Assembly (NCBI GenBank): GCA_963575745.1
Contig: CAUYUJ010000076.1
Location: 1-64,000 of the forward strand
Length of the DNA stretch: 64,000 bases
DNA from: Prorocentrum cordatum
Lineage: Eukaryota
Direction: 5' to 3'
In this document: one piece after another, positions 1-22,530 of the stretch
How positions within the stretch are numbered: the stretch's first letter is position 1
Layout: every line of letters starts with the position of its first letter
The notes under the pieces: model-generated
Databases searched by the model: none
The model's input: the letters and a program-made list of their open reading frames with translations, nothing else
Told to the model about the DNA's origin: nothing
Translations under genes and position numbers: made by a program

Positions 1-522
1 GAGGAGGGGGGGGCCGAGGAGGAGTCGGGAGCAGGCTGCGCAGCGGAGGGTGACATGTCCCCGATCCGCGAAGCTGCACTTGGCCTCGCCGAGCGCTCGC
101 GGGAGCCAGCTGGCCCGCGCGTCTGCCCACGGGCACGTCGGCGACGAGGGACCCGACGGACCCGAGAGGGCACGCTGCCCAGTCACAGGCCCCCGAGGCG
201 GAAGCCAGGACCGAGCAGCACGCCGCCAGACACGGAGGACGGCGGCCCACGAGGGCCCCAACCATCCGAGGCGACAGGGCGGGGGCAGGGGGCCCAGGAG
301 GGCCCCCGCCCCCCCCCCGCACTAAGGGAACCAAGGAGGGATTTGTTAACGGAACCAGTAACGAGACCGACGTGCCACAAAACACGAGGGACCCGACAGC
401 CGACGGATTGCCCAGCCGCGCCCAGCAGGACCGAGCGCGGGAGAGCCGCGCCTCGCCCGCACGGGCCGAGCACTCGGCGCCTCTCCAAAGTGGCTGGCGC
501 CGGGTGCGCGGAGTCGCCGCGC

Positions 523-1990
523 CTAGCCGCTGGGCTGCGCCCACGCTGACCGCGGCCGGCTCTGCTCAACATGGGGGAGCCCTGCCAAGGCGGCCCTGAG
601 CTGCTGGAGCGCCACGGGGTTCAGCTGGTCCATGCTCCTGCCGTGCGGCAGTGCGCTCGCAACGATCTCGTCCATGGCGTCGGGCATTGCGTTGCCCACG
701 TTCCCGTCGACCAGGCGGTCTCCGTCGTCGTGGACGTCGGCCCAGCTCAGCGCCTCGATGACACGCCGTGCAGCGGCTGGATGTTCATGAACATTGTCGG
801 CGCCTCCTGCACGTTTGAGAGGGCGGGCGTGACCATGACCCAGCTCCTGGCCCGTGAAGCTGATGCCGTCGCGCTCCGCGTCACACTCCGTCACTCTGTT
901 GTCCATCGGGCCCACCATATCGGCATTGTTGAAAACTTGGAGAACGCGGCCTCGGTGTCGCCGCTGGACCCCAGGCTGCTCTCGACGTCCGTGCCCTCCG
1001 TATGTCAATCACGGTGGCGTCGTCGACCGAGGCGACCTTGCTCGTTGTGACCTTCACCTCGAGGCGCGTCTGCTCGTGCTGTCGCTCCGTGTGATCGCCG
1101 ATCTCCGCGTCAATAGTGCTGGGAGCTTGGCATCAGTGTCGCCGCTGGACCCGGTGCTGCCCTCGATGCACATGCCCTCCGTCTTGAAGTCGATCATGGC
1201 GTCGTCGCCCTCCATGACGATCTTGCTCTCCGTGATCATCTTCTCGAGGTGCACCTGCACGTGCTGCTGCGTGATGTTGCTGCTCCCGGTGCCCTGCAGC
1301 TCCGAGTCACACCCGTCAGCGGAATCAAATAACTCCAGCTCGGTCTCCTCCCTGAGGTCGGTCTCCAGGGAGTCCATGCCGTTGGCCCTCTCGGAGCTCT
1401 CGATGCCGTGCTGCTCCTCAGCCGTGCTGCTGCCCTTGGCGTGCTGCTCCTCCGAGTCGTGCACCTCCTGGTTCTCCTTCCGCGCCTCCTCCTGCGGCGG
1501 CTGCGCCAGCGCTGGGACGGGCGGGGCCAGGGCCAGGCAGGGCGCCTCCCCGCGCTGCCGTGAGGGCCCACCGGCGGCTGGCCTCTGAGCGCAGGGGGCG
1601 CGGCGGGCGCGCGGTCGGTTTCGCTGCCGCTCTCCCCGACCTCCTCCTTCTCATTGTTCTTGTGCCCAGCGCCGCCGCCCGACAGCCAGTCCCACAACCT
1701 GGCGACGGCGGTCTCTGCCTCGCATGGATGGCGGAGGAGCGCGCTCGCTGCAACGAGCGCGCGGCAGTCCCGCTCGAGGGCCGTCGGCAGCCGACGCCCC
1801 CGCGCGCGCGGATCTTGCCCAGGCCCGCAGTCAGCGTGTGGCCTCCCAGCATGCTCACAACTTCGGCCGCTGCGCCGAACAGCTGCTGGGCCCGCGCCCC
1901 AGGCGCAGGCCGCGCGGCAGCGTGCTCCGCGGCCTGCACCTCCGCCGTAGCTGGCGTCCTCGCCGCCGCCGTGCCAGCCGCTTGCAGCGA
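523..1990 (-). pseudogene. Degenerate intronless coding-like sequence downstream of the SL relic (retrocopy or retroelement ORF)
   Basis: Protein-like ORF pieces 1054-1464 and 523-1008 lie in different frames; internal duplication at about 955-1000 and 1135-1182; no identifiable domain. Confidence 0.4.
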
Positions 1991-2109
1991 ACAAGTGTGA
2001 TAAAGTGTGATACAAAAACAAGTGTGATACAAAACAAGTGTGATACATTGAGTGATACAACACAATCAGTATGGTAAAACAACAACACAGTTTTTTGTAT
2101 CACACTTGT
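1991..2109. mobile_element. Small AT-rich MITE-like insert
   Basis: ACAAGTGTGATA(C) repeated about 4 times at the left end and inverted (GTATCACACTTGT) at the right end; sharp composition break from the GC-rich flanks. Confidence 0.6.
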
Positions 2110-2216
2110 GTAAGGTGCACCAGCCGCACCAGGTGCAAGCCGCGCGCCGGCAGGGGGAGGCGCCGCCGCGGCGCTCGCGCGAGTACCGCCGAGTGGGACC
2201 CAGTACCAGCTGGACG

Positions 2217-2238
2217 CCTGAGCCAGAATGGCTACGGC
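2217..2238 (-). other. Relic dinoflagellate spliced leader (DinoSL)
   Basis: Minus strand reads GCCGTAGCCATTCTGGCTCAGG versus DCCGTAGCCATTTTGGCTCAAG: 20/22 identical. Confidence 0.85.
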
Positions 2239-2242
2239 AGCA

Positions 2243-2453
2243 GGAGGAGTAGGAGGAGGAGGAGGAGGAGCAGGAGGAGGAGGAGGATGATGAGGAGGAG
2301 GAGGAGGGGGACGAGGAGGAGGAGGCGGATGATGAGGAGGAGCAGGAGGATGAGGCGGCGGCGGCGGAGGAGGCGGGGGAGGAGGAGGAGGAGGAGGATG
2401 AGGCGGAGGAGGAGGAGGAGGCGCCCCGGCGGTGATAGGTAGTGTCGACGTCG

Positions 2454-2505
<52 letters not shown>

Positions 2506-2725
2506 AGGAGAGAGAGAGAGAGAGAAGATGAGAGAGAGAGAGAGGGGAACTAGCGATGAGAGAAAGAGAGAGAGATAGAGAGGATACATATATAATGTAT
2601 ATATATATATAGAGAGATAGAGAGAGAGAGAGAGAGAGGGGAGAGAGAGAGAGAGAAAACAACGATAACGGAGGAGAGAGACAGATAACGCGAAAGAGAG
2701 AGAGAGAGAGAGAAAACAACGGGGG

Positions 2726-2761
<36 letters not shown>

Positions 2762-2793
2762 ACCATTTACATACAGTACGTCGAGAGAGAAAC

Positions 2794-2825
<32 letters not shown>

Positions 2826-2845
2826 TCAGAGAACACACACACATC

Positions 2846-2895
<50 letters not shown>

Positions 2896-3050
2896 GAGAG
2901 AGATGGAGACACGCACACAAACAGCAAACACGAGAGATAGAAGGGGCGGGGCATGCGAAAGAGAGAGAGAGAGAGACATAATACATATATATATATATAT
3001 ATATAGAGAGTGAGAGAGTGAGAGAGAGAGAGAGAGGGAGACACGCACAC
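2243..3050. repeat. (GGA)n, (GA)n and (TA)n microsatellite block
   Basis: Directly visible. Confidence 0.95.
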
Positions 3051-3526
3051 AAACAGCAACCACGAGAGAGATAGAAGGGGCGGGGCAGGCGCGCGTGCGA
3101 CGCCAACGCGTGTCTCCGGGGCATCTCATTCACGCTGCACATGGTGGCGCGATTGCTGCAGGCAGGCGGGGCGCGGCGCCGGGGCTCGAGGGACGCCAGC
3201 CGCACACCGACGACCGCCGCAGCAGACAGCATGAGCTGCACGAGGAGGAGGAGGAGGAGGAGGAGGAGGAGGAGGAGGAGGAGGAGGAGGAGGAGGAGCA
3301 GGAGGAGGAGGGGACGGCGGAGGGGAAGGGGGAGGGAGAGGGGGATGATGAGGAGGAGGAGGAGGAGCACGCGCGCGAAGGCGTACGAATGATTTCGACA
3401 TGCTCGCGCGAGAGGCCCGCCCGTTTGCTCGAATTTGATGAAAGTGAAGGAAACCATTTTTTCTCCAGGATTCGCGAGAGCGCGCGCGCAGACCGCTCTT
3501 TGGAAAAATCGCGCTCCATTTTTTGG

Positions 3527-3562
<36 letters not shown>

Positions 3563-4257
3563 TGTATGTATGTATGTATGTATGTATGTATGTATGTATG
3601 TATATATATATATGTATATATACACACATCTAATAACATGTTTGCGGGACACGCGGTGTTGACTTTTTTGGCGACACCCAAGGTTTTTGAATGATTCTGG
3701 CATGCACGCGCGACGACGCCCGCGTGTGAGTTCTGTTCAATTTTTTCCCGCAAAATATTAATGCACACGGATGGTTATTGAGAGACGAGTCAGTGGGCAC
3801 TGTTTTATTCGACGAAGATGAGGGGTGGGGGGTGGGCACGATACAATCATGGCTTGGATGGTAGGAGGTCACATATTGAACAAACGATGATGCAGGGTCA
3901 AATGTACATTGCACATCCCCTGGGTGGGCACATAACCCCATGGGGGTGGGGTGGTAGTTTTTCGTTCTTTGTAAGAAAGGGACTATGTTCTGCACCCTAT
4001 GTGGTGTAATTTGTGCTGAGCAGCCCCCGTGGTGCAATATATGCGGTCCAATCCATCTTGTGCAAGTTACGTGGTGAAATCTATGTCGTACAATATTTGT
4101 CGTGCAAGCTTTGTGGTGGAATCTATGTTGTGCAACTAATTTCTGTTCGCAGTGAGTTGTCCACTCCACTGCTCGCGCAACCATCCCACCCACCCACCCG
4201 CAACTTGGTTAGCAATATCTTTTAAGACCGTGTCGGTGGGTACCAAATGGCACTTGG

Positions 4258-4771
4258 CAACGACAGCGACGCCGACGACGACAGCGACAACGACGACGAC
4301 GACGCCGCCGACAACGACTACGACGACGCCGACGACGCCTCCAACGACTTCGACGACGCCGACAACGACGACGATGACGACGACACCGACGACGACGACG
4401 CCGACGACGATGACGACGACGATGACAACCACCACGACGATGACGCCGACGACGACGACAACGACGACACCGACGACGACGACGACGTCAACGACGCCGG
4501 CGACGACGACGACGACGACGGCGGCGACGACGACGACGCCGACGACGACGACGAAGACGACGACGACGCCGACGCCGACGACGACGAAGACGACGACGTC
4601 GCCAACGAAGACGACGACGAGGGAGGAGGGAAGACGACGACGGCGACAACGACGACAACGACGACAACGACGAGGGAGGAAGGAGGACGAAGACGACGCG
4701 AACGACGAAGAAGGAGGAAGGACGGCGACGCCGACGACGACAACGACGAGGGAGGAGGGAAGACGACGACG

Positions 4772-4804
<33 letters not shown>

Positions 4805-5015
4805 ACGAAATAGGAGGGACGACGACGAGACGTCGACGACGGACGACGACGACGAGGGAAGAGGAGGAAGGACGACCACTGCGACAACGACGACGGAAAC
4901 GACCACGACGGCAAAGAGGACGACGACGACGAACACGACGAAAGACAGAGGACGACGTAGGCGACGACGGCGACGACGACGCGGGAGGCGGGCGGACGGC
5001 AACGACGACGACGAC
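4258..5015. repeat. (GAC)n-type degenerate trinucleotide repeat
   Basis: Directly visible. Confidence 0.95.
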
Positions 5016-5714
5016 GCAAGAGCGCGCGCGCACGCTTTTGTTGAAAATCCGTGTTGTGAAACCTTGTGTTTTTGTACGTTTTTTGGACACGATTTTGAAG
5101 TCCTTCCGAAACCGAAGGGTTTTGAAGGATTTCGGCATACGCGCGCGACGACGCGCGCGTCTGCACTTCGTCCCATTTGTTGCAGAGGATTCTCGCGACG
5201 GCACGCGCGCAAGGGCGTTCGACAGATTTCGACATGCGCGCGCGTAGCCCGTTTGGTAGCATTTTGTGAACATCTTGAAAAGCCTATGGTTTTCTTAAGT
5301 TTTCGCAAGAGCTCGCGCGTAAGCTTTTTTTTGCAAATCAGTGTTGCGAAACCCTGTGTTTTTGTATGTTTTTTTGGAAACTCGATTGCGACATGCTTCC
5401 GACACCGAAGGTTTCTGGAGGATTTCGGCATGCGCGCGCGACGACGCGCGCGTGCGCACTTCGTCCCATTTTTCGCAAGGGATTAGTGCACAATCTTGTG
5501 TTAGAACAACAAATGTCCCCGCGTATCGTTTTTTACAAGGGAACCTCAGGGGTAGCGATCCCAGCCCCCCTGGGATAGTGTAGATTCATATTTAGGATGG
5601 GCATGTGGTCAGAATCGTGTGTGATTTACATACCCGAAAGGGCGCGGGTAACGCCGGGAGGGGGGGGGGCAGAGTTTATTCTTTTTTTAGAAAGGAGAAT
5701 CTGGTGCGGGGACG

Positions 5715-6010
5715 AAGCGGCGACGGGGTGGCGACGGCGGCAACATGGCGGGCAAACCAACACACTAGCCCAGACGATGGCCAGCGACAGGGCGGTGACG
5801 AGGCGGCGACGGAGCGGCGACGGCGGCTACATAGCCGCCACAACTACACACCAGCCCAGACGATGGCTGGCGACGAGGCGGCGACGGGGCGGCGACGGCG
5901 GCAACAGAGTTGCCAAACCGACACACCAGCCCAGACCATGGCTGGCGACAAGACGGCGACAGGGCGGCGACGGCGGCAACATAGTTTCGAGACCGACACA
6001 CCAGCCCAGT
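5715..6010. repeat. About 70-bp minisatellite (GGCGACGGCGGCAACATAG...CCCAGACGATGG); related array at 10075-10360
   Basis: Tandem units visible; both arrays are followed by a similar ...CCCCT(A/G)AGCG...TGGGGAA end. Confidence 0.8.
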
Positions 6011-6842
6011 TCGTTAGAAAACAATTTAAGGACCCCTGAGCGCAAACAGTGTTTGGGGAATCTACACATGAATAGGTACAGCCATATGGGTATGTAGTGA
6101 GCCAGGTGGATCGCCAGACAGCCACCTTCGTTCTCTCGGATGCTCGCTTGATTGGCAGTTCGATTGATATTCGGCACCGTGTGCAATGGGGGTGGGGCCG
6201 CAGTGAAACTGGGTGTTTTCACATCGGGAAGTCGACTTCGGATTTTGATTGGTGCCGTGCCGTGCGGGCGAGGCGAAGCTGCGCGAGTGCGAGAGAGATC
6301 ATTCCCCAGCGAGGGGCATGTCATGACAGACAACCTCGCGTGTGCCAGGCGCATGCGTCCTGGAGTTGCTTCGCGGTTGCCCCGTGCGTTTGCCTTGTGG
6401 TTGTTCCGTGGTTGTCCCGTGAGGTATTCCTGCGGTTGTCCCATGGCTGTCCCGTGACTGTTCCGCGCGGTTCCCCCGTGTTTGTTTTGTGGGTTTCCCG
6501 TTGGTGTTTTGTGGGCGACGAGTGGTAAGACAGATGGTGAACTTGTTGGACATGTAGTTGGAGCGATACCGTTAAACTTGTTGTATTTCGGGGGCGAGCC
6601 TTGTCAACCAGTCAACAAGATAGCAAGGGAGTTAGACAGTTATGTATTCAGAGGTGTCGCGAATTGGCAGATGTCGACTGATGTGGCTCGATTGGCTGAT
6701 ATGTTATATATCCGATGTAAATATGACCATGGTCACGTTGCTTAGTTAGTTAGGGCATCACTCAGGCATAAGCTACAGAGGACACATGTGGGCAGCCGAT
6801 CAGTTATACAAGGATACAAGGGCCAAAGCAGCCATACACACG

Positions 6843-6896
<54 letters not shown>

Positions 6897-8509
6897 CACA
6901 GCGGTGTGTCCATACAACATGTGTGCATTGAAGCTCGGTAGGCACATGAGCTAGACAATTATATTTCTGATAGTGCCATGGGTGCCGCGTGATTGTCCCA
7001 TGGCTGTCTCGCGGGTGTCCCGCCGTTAGATGTTGATATGATTCGGTGCGTTGCGATAGGAGTAGGCACGCTGATCGACAGTTCGATACTCAGCCTTTGA
7101 GTTATAGAGCTTGATACTGTTGTGTGCGCACTCACGTATACACATACATATACTATCAGATGTCCGAAATTCTGCATTTTTGTTGTCATTTGAAACATCG
7201 TCGGGCCGAGATTTCGCTGTGTAGGAGGTTAGGGTGGGGTGGGGGATGGAAGGGCTAGGTGCAGCTTTCGTTGTTCGGTGTCTTCGCGTCGGATGGTCGG
7301 TCCGCCTCTCTATATCAGAATGTAGCTATCTGGCGAGAGGCTAATCTGTATATAATCATGCGCACCTTTGTGTACTATCTATTGGCCGTCGTTACCTCCG
7401 CCACAGTGCCTGGATTGTGGGCGGAGCCCTCTTTGATGCCTCTTGGCAACTTAGGGTCTCTTGGGATGCATGTTGGGGGCCTCTTGTAGGCTTCTTGGGG
7501 CCTCTTGGTGCCCCTTAGGGACTTCTTTTGGGGCCTCTTGTAAGCCTCTTGTGGGCCTCCTGGGGCCTCCAGGGCTCATGCGGGGGCCTCTTGGTGGTCT
7601 CGGCAGCCATCCTGGCACTAGAGTGCTCCCGGGGCCAGTTCGTGCGTGGGCAGATCACATCAACACATATGTTTCCCCAAACTTGTATCTTCGGGAGAAG
7701 TCACGCGACAGGCCCCAAGAGCTCTCAAGAGCGCCCAGTATCGTCCGTGACGGTGCTTGCAATTCCCAGCGCAGAGAATTCGACGGGACTCGATGATATC
7801 CCACTCAGTGCCTACAGCACGATGGTAGAGCAATCTAGACTTCCGTTTCACTTTTACGCGTTCATTTTATGATAGACGCATGCTTTTTTATTTCATTGTT
7901 TTTATTCATCAGTTCTAGTCATACTATTTTGCGATAAGTGTGTTTACTGGTCACTACCTATCTGTTATCGGTTGCATACTACCTGCAGCTCCCAGTTCGT
8001 AATATCCAGAACGATGTATGTATTTCAAGCGGTACCGTGGTCGTCGCACTCGTCGCGGATGCGAGTGAGAGGGACGGGGGGGCGTCCGCAGGGGCGAGGT
8101 TCGAACGTAAATTTGAAGAAGCCCGCTGCAGGCGCAGATTTCTTTTACACTTTACACGACGAACCTGCCGCAGGCGCCGCTTTTCCGTCAAAGACATGTG
8201 GTTGCGTCGCGGATGGGTCGCGGGTGGGTCGCGTATGGGTCGCGGGCGGGTCGCGGGCGGGTTGTGGGTGGGTCGCAGGTGGGTCACGGGTGGGTCGTGG
8301 GCGGCTCGCAGGCGAGTCGTTGACGATGACGACGACAACACAACAACACGACAACAATCATATTCACCGCGGGCGCCCACTTCAGGCACGCACCGAGGGA
8401 TGGTGTAAGGCCGTTCGGCCCTCCATTCTCGTGTGCATCTTTGTACATCTATATCTATATGTAGGTAATGTTAGCCAGCGTGGGCCTCACACGGCGTGTT
8501 TCTAGCATT

Positions 8510-9050
8510 CAGCGTAGTGCAATCTATGTTGTGCAATCCATTTTGTGAAACCTATGGTATGCAATATATGCGGTGCAATTTGTTGTGTGCAGTAGGTGTT
8601 GGGCAACCTAGGTTGTGCAGTCGGTCGTGTGCAGTTCATGCTGTGCAATAGCTGCGGCGCAGCATATATATACATATATACATGTTGTGCATTCTGTTGT
8701 GTGCAGTTTATATAGTGCAACCGATGTGGTGCAATACGTTGTGTGCGATCTATGTTGTGCAAATTCTATACGGGAAGCTGTATATCTATGACACAATCTG
8801 TGTGGCGCAACCTAAGTTGTGCCATCTATGTGGTGCAAACTATGTCGTGCAACCTACGTGGTGCAATATATGTGGTGCTGTATGTGTGGTACAACTTATG
8901 TAAACAATATATTTGATGAAACCTATGCTGTGCAGCAGGTGTTGTGCAACCTATGTGGTACAGTATATGCGGTGCAAGGAATTTGGAACAAACGTTGGAG
9001 TTGTCAGCCCCACTGCTCGCGCAATCGCCCCACCCACCCACCCGCAAGTC
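8510..9050. repeat. TGTGCAA(T/C)CTATG-rich dispersed repeat; second copy at about 3985-4205
   Basis: Shared end GAGTTGTC..CCACTGCTCGCGCAA..CCCACCCACCCACCCGCAA. Confidence 0.75.
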
Positions 9051-11472
9051 GATTTGCAAAACCCATGCGGCGGCGATTGCGATGCTTGGTGTTGGCTAGT
9101 GCATCTCTACGGCCGGCCTCGCTCGCGCATGCTCGCGCGCACAGCGGCCAGCTAGTTTGGCGCGGCCGACGCGGCCGCGGTTGCGCTGACTGTTGGGCAC
9201 TTCGCAGCGGGCATTTCAGTGCGAGTCGGTGATGTGTGCGGGCGCGGTATCATGGCGACGTCGGCAACAGCAGACACGATGATGATCGTAGCGATGGTGG
9301 TGGCGATGGTGGCGATGACGGCGGCAAGGCCAATGATGGCGCCGATGCTGATCGCGCCGATGACGATGATCGGGCCCCCGCGTCGGTGATTGAGGTTTCC
9401 GACGGAGTTCGACATGCGCGCGCGGCCGACGCGAGCGAGTGGCCCGCGTGGTATTATTTGGCCGGGGTCATGCCCCCCCCGACTGGCATGGGCGCAAGGG
9501 CGTTCGAATGATTTCGACATGCGGCGCGAAAGGCCTGTTTGGCCGAATTTGATGAACATGTTCGAATACATTTTCTCTCGGAGTTCGCACGAACGCGCAG
9601 ACCTGCTTTTGAAAAACGGATGTTTCAAATCCAATTGTTTGTCCAAACGTGTTTCCGGCATGCGCACGCGACGACGCGCGTGCGTACGGTTCGTCCATGC
9701 TTTTGCACAGGGTTCTTGCGGCAGTGCGCGCGCAAGGGCGTCCGAATGATGTGAACATGCGCGTGCAAGGGGCCCGCCCGTTTATCTGAGTCGAACGAGC
9801 AGGTTAAAAACCGATGGTTTTCTCTCAGAAGTCGCAGGAACGCCAGCAACATATTGTCGCGAAGCCATGGTTTTGTTGGTTTACAAGGCATGTGTTCGCG
9901 ATACTCGATTCAGACATCCTGACGAAACCCGAGGTTCTCGAACGAGCTCGGCATGCGCGTGTGACGATGGGCGATGGAGCAAATTCATGTGTAAATAGCG
10001 GTGCGAAAAGGCGTGCCGTTCAGTCCAGGGGGGCGGGGGGGTTGGAGGTAGATCTTTTAGAGAAGAATCTCTAACGGCGGCAACGAGCGGCGACGGGGCG
10101 GCGACGGCGACAACATAGCCGCCAGACCGACGCACAGGCCCAGATGATGGGCGGCGACGAGGCGACGACGGTGCGGCGACGGCGACAACATAGCCTCCAG
10201 ACCGACGCACAGGCTCAGACGATGGGCGGCGACGGGGTGGCGGCGGGGCGGCGACGGCGACAGCATAGCCGCCAGACCGAAACACAGGCCCAGACGATGG
10301 GCGGCGACGACGGTGCGACGACGGCGACACCATAGCCGCCTGACCGACGCACAGGCCCAGTTTTCTTTCTAACCCCTAAGCGTAAGCAGCGTCTGGGGAA
10401 TCTATATGCGTAGATGTATGTATAACTACACATGTGTATATCTATGTGCTGATGCTCAGACGTATGCGTCGGTATAGCCGCGTTTCACCACCAATACATC
10501 TACAATTCGCTTTGCAATTCGATTGGCGCTTCGACCCGCGAGTCAATCTACCAATCTCACTGTCTATCCCACGGGGGGGCCACAGAACCACCAAGGGAAC
10601 AACCCACCGGACAACCGCGGGACAACCACGGTACAACCCCTTGGACACATCCAAGGGACAACCCGCAGGACAACCTCGGGACAGCCACGGGACCTACGGG
10701 ACAGCCACGGGACAACCGCGGTACATCCCCCCGGACAATCCACGGGACAACCACGGGACAACCGACCAGACAATCACGGGAAAACCGCTGTACAAACAAT
10801 GTGACAAATCCATGTGACAATCGCGGTGCCACCCGCAGGACACCGCACGGGACAACCACGGGACAGCCGACCAGAACCACGGGACATCCGCGGCACAACC
10901 CATGCGACAAATCCATGTGACAACGACGGGGCAACCGACCGGACAACCACGGGACACCATTTCGAGGGCCCCACGAGACACGTGAGTGGATTCGAGACGC
11001 GCGAGCGGGCTCGTGTTGCCCGACTTTGCTAGCTGCAGCCCGCCTGTCGTCGCTCATCGTGCATCTTTGCCTCGCCCGCACGGTGACACGGACCGGGACG
11101 GACATCGACTTCCCGGAGTTGGGTACAGTCGAGGCGTTGACCTAAGGAACCCTAAATAAGGAACAAGGCCACTATTTCTATAAGTTGAACTTCGATTTCG
11201 TATCGAAAACCTAAGGAAAATCCAGGGCAAGCTGCGAAACAATTAAGGAGCACGGAGCCCCTCCCCAACGAAAAGGGTTCCTTCTTCAGGGCCCCGACTG
11301 TATTCCGTGTCACCCCAACCTTCGATATCGTCGGACTCTTGCGATGTTACGCAGTTCGGACATGTATTGCATAGAACATTGGGCAGTCATATGCTGTCGT
11401 GTTACGATATCTGAGCATTCAGCAACCTACCAGGTTACTTATGCAGCGTAGTTGTATGCAGTCGGTTTGCAG

Positions 11473-20900
<9,428 letters not shown>

Positions 20901-21699
20901 GGCGTTTTTCCCAGGGGTCGACCTAAACGCTGTTTTGGCGATCTCGTGGGCCGCCTTCGTTTCGACTTCGATTTGCAGCAAAGGCGGAAGGAGGACAGAT
21001 CGAGGGAAAACGAACGCAAAACGAGAACGCAGCACACTGCTTAGGTCGATCCCTGGATCTTCCCTCGGCCTCGGTCTCCGGGGCCCGTTCTCTGGCCCAG
21101 GGGGGGCCTTCGGGAAGGGGCCCGGGGCGAAAGACTGGCCCCGGGGCAGCGGCGGGGAGCCTTTGTGGTCGCGGACTGAACAAAGTCTTAAGTCGGGCGT
21201 GTCCCAAACATCGGCGTGTCCCGTCGGTCTTAAGAGGGGGATTTCCGACGAAAAATAGAACATACCCCAAACATACTCCCAAAAGGTCAAAACATACTAA
21301 AGAAAATAGTCCCCAGACTATTTTTGGATTATTTTGGAATATTTTTGGGGTATTTTTTATTTTTCGTCGAGAGTCCCCCTGTGGAGGACAGGCCCGACTT
21401 AAGCAAAGTCACATCGGCGAACGTCAGGGTCTCTGGACCTTTGGCATCCCGCCTCCCATGCTCGCCCCCGTCGGCGCTGTTGCTGCTGCTTTTCCTCCTC
21501 CTCCTCCTGTATCCTGTATCCTGTATGCTGTATCCTGTCGGCAAGGGTGTTCTCCGAACGCTGCCGCTTCCCCCAGGGAGGCCCAATCGTGCCCCCCTAG
21601 GGGAGTAGACGAAAAGACAAATTTAGGGCCGAGGCCCCGCAGGACAGGGGGGAGAGAAAGGAGAGAGAGAGGGATCCGCATGAGGATGATGCTGCTGAT

Positions 21700-21933
21700 G
21701 ATGATGACGATGATAATCATCATCATCACCATCATCGTCATCATCATCATCATCATCGTCATCATCATCATCGTCATCATTATCATCATCATCATCACCA
21801 CCATCATCATCATCATCACCACCATCATCATCATCATCCTCATCGTCATCTTCATCATCACCATCAGCATCACCATCAGCATCACTATCATCAGCATTAG
21901 CATCATCTTCAGCTGCATCATCATCACCACCGC

Positions 21934-22001
<68 letters not shown>

Positions 22002-22090
22002 GCAATAGCATCCTCAGCATCCTGATCATCATCATCATCATCAGCATCATCGTCGTTGTCATCATTATCATCATCAGCATCATCATCAAT
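21700..22090. repeat. (CAT)n degenerate microsatellite
   Basis: Directly visible. Confidence 0.95.
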
Positions 22091-22337
22091 CAATCAATCA
22101 TAACCTCAGGAGGAACAGAAGAAGTGGTGAGAGGTGGCGGCAGCAAGACTGTGGCGTGGCGGTAGCGCAAAGGTGGGCGGGGCCCCTAGGGGCCAGGTTT
22201 TCTTGTGGCTGAGCCGGGTCCTCCTCTCCTTCGGGTCTACTGGCTCCTTGGGGCCAGCGCCTTGGAGATCGCCCAGGGTACCCCTCGTCTGAGGTGCCCT
22301 TGTGAACTCCTGCTGGGCCGCGATTGCGGCGGTGGCG

Positions 22338-22530
22338 CGTTGCCCTGGCGGCAAGAGGCAGGTTGCCCTTGCGGCAACAGGTAAGTTGCCCTGGCGGCAA
22401 GAGGCAGGCTGCCCTGGCGGCAAGGTTGCCCTGGCGGCAAGAGGCAGGTTGACCTGGCGGCAAGAGGCACGTAGAGGGCTGAGGCAGGCTATGAAAAGTG
22501 GAGGAGTTAAGGTTGCCCTGGCGGCAAAGG
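22338..22530. repeat. About 22-bp minisatellite TTGCCCTGGCGGCAAGAGGCAGG
   Basis: About 7 tandem degenerate units. Confidence 0.85.

Noticed and set aside
4152..5486. Thr-rich mucin-like and Asp-rich ORFs
   Set aside because: (GAC)n repeat running into a dispersed repeat; open in several frames with no domain
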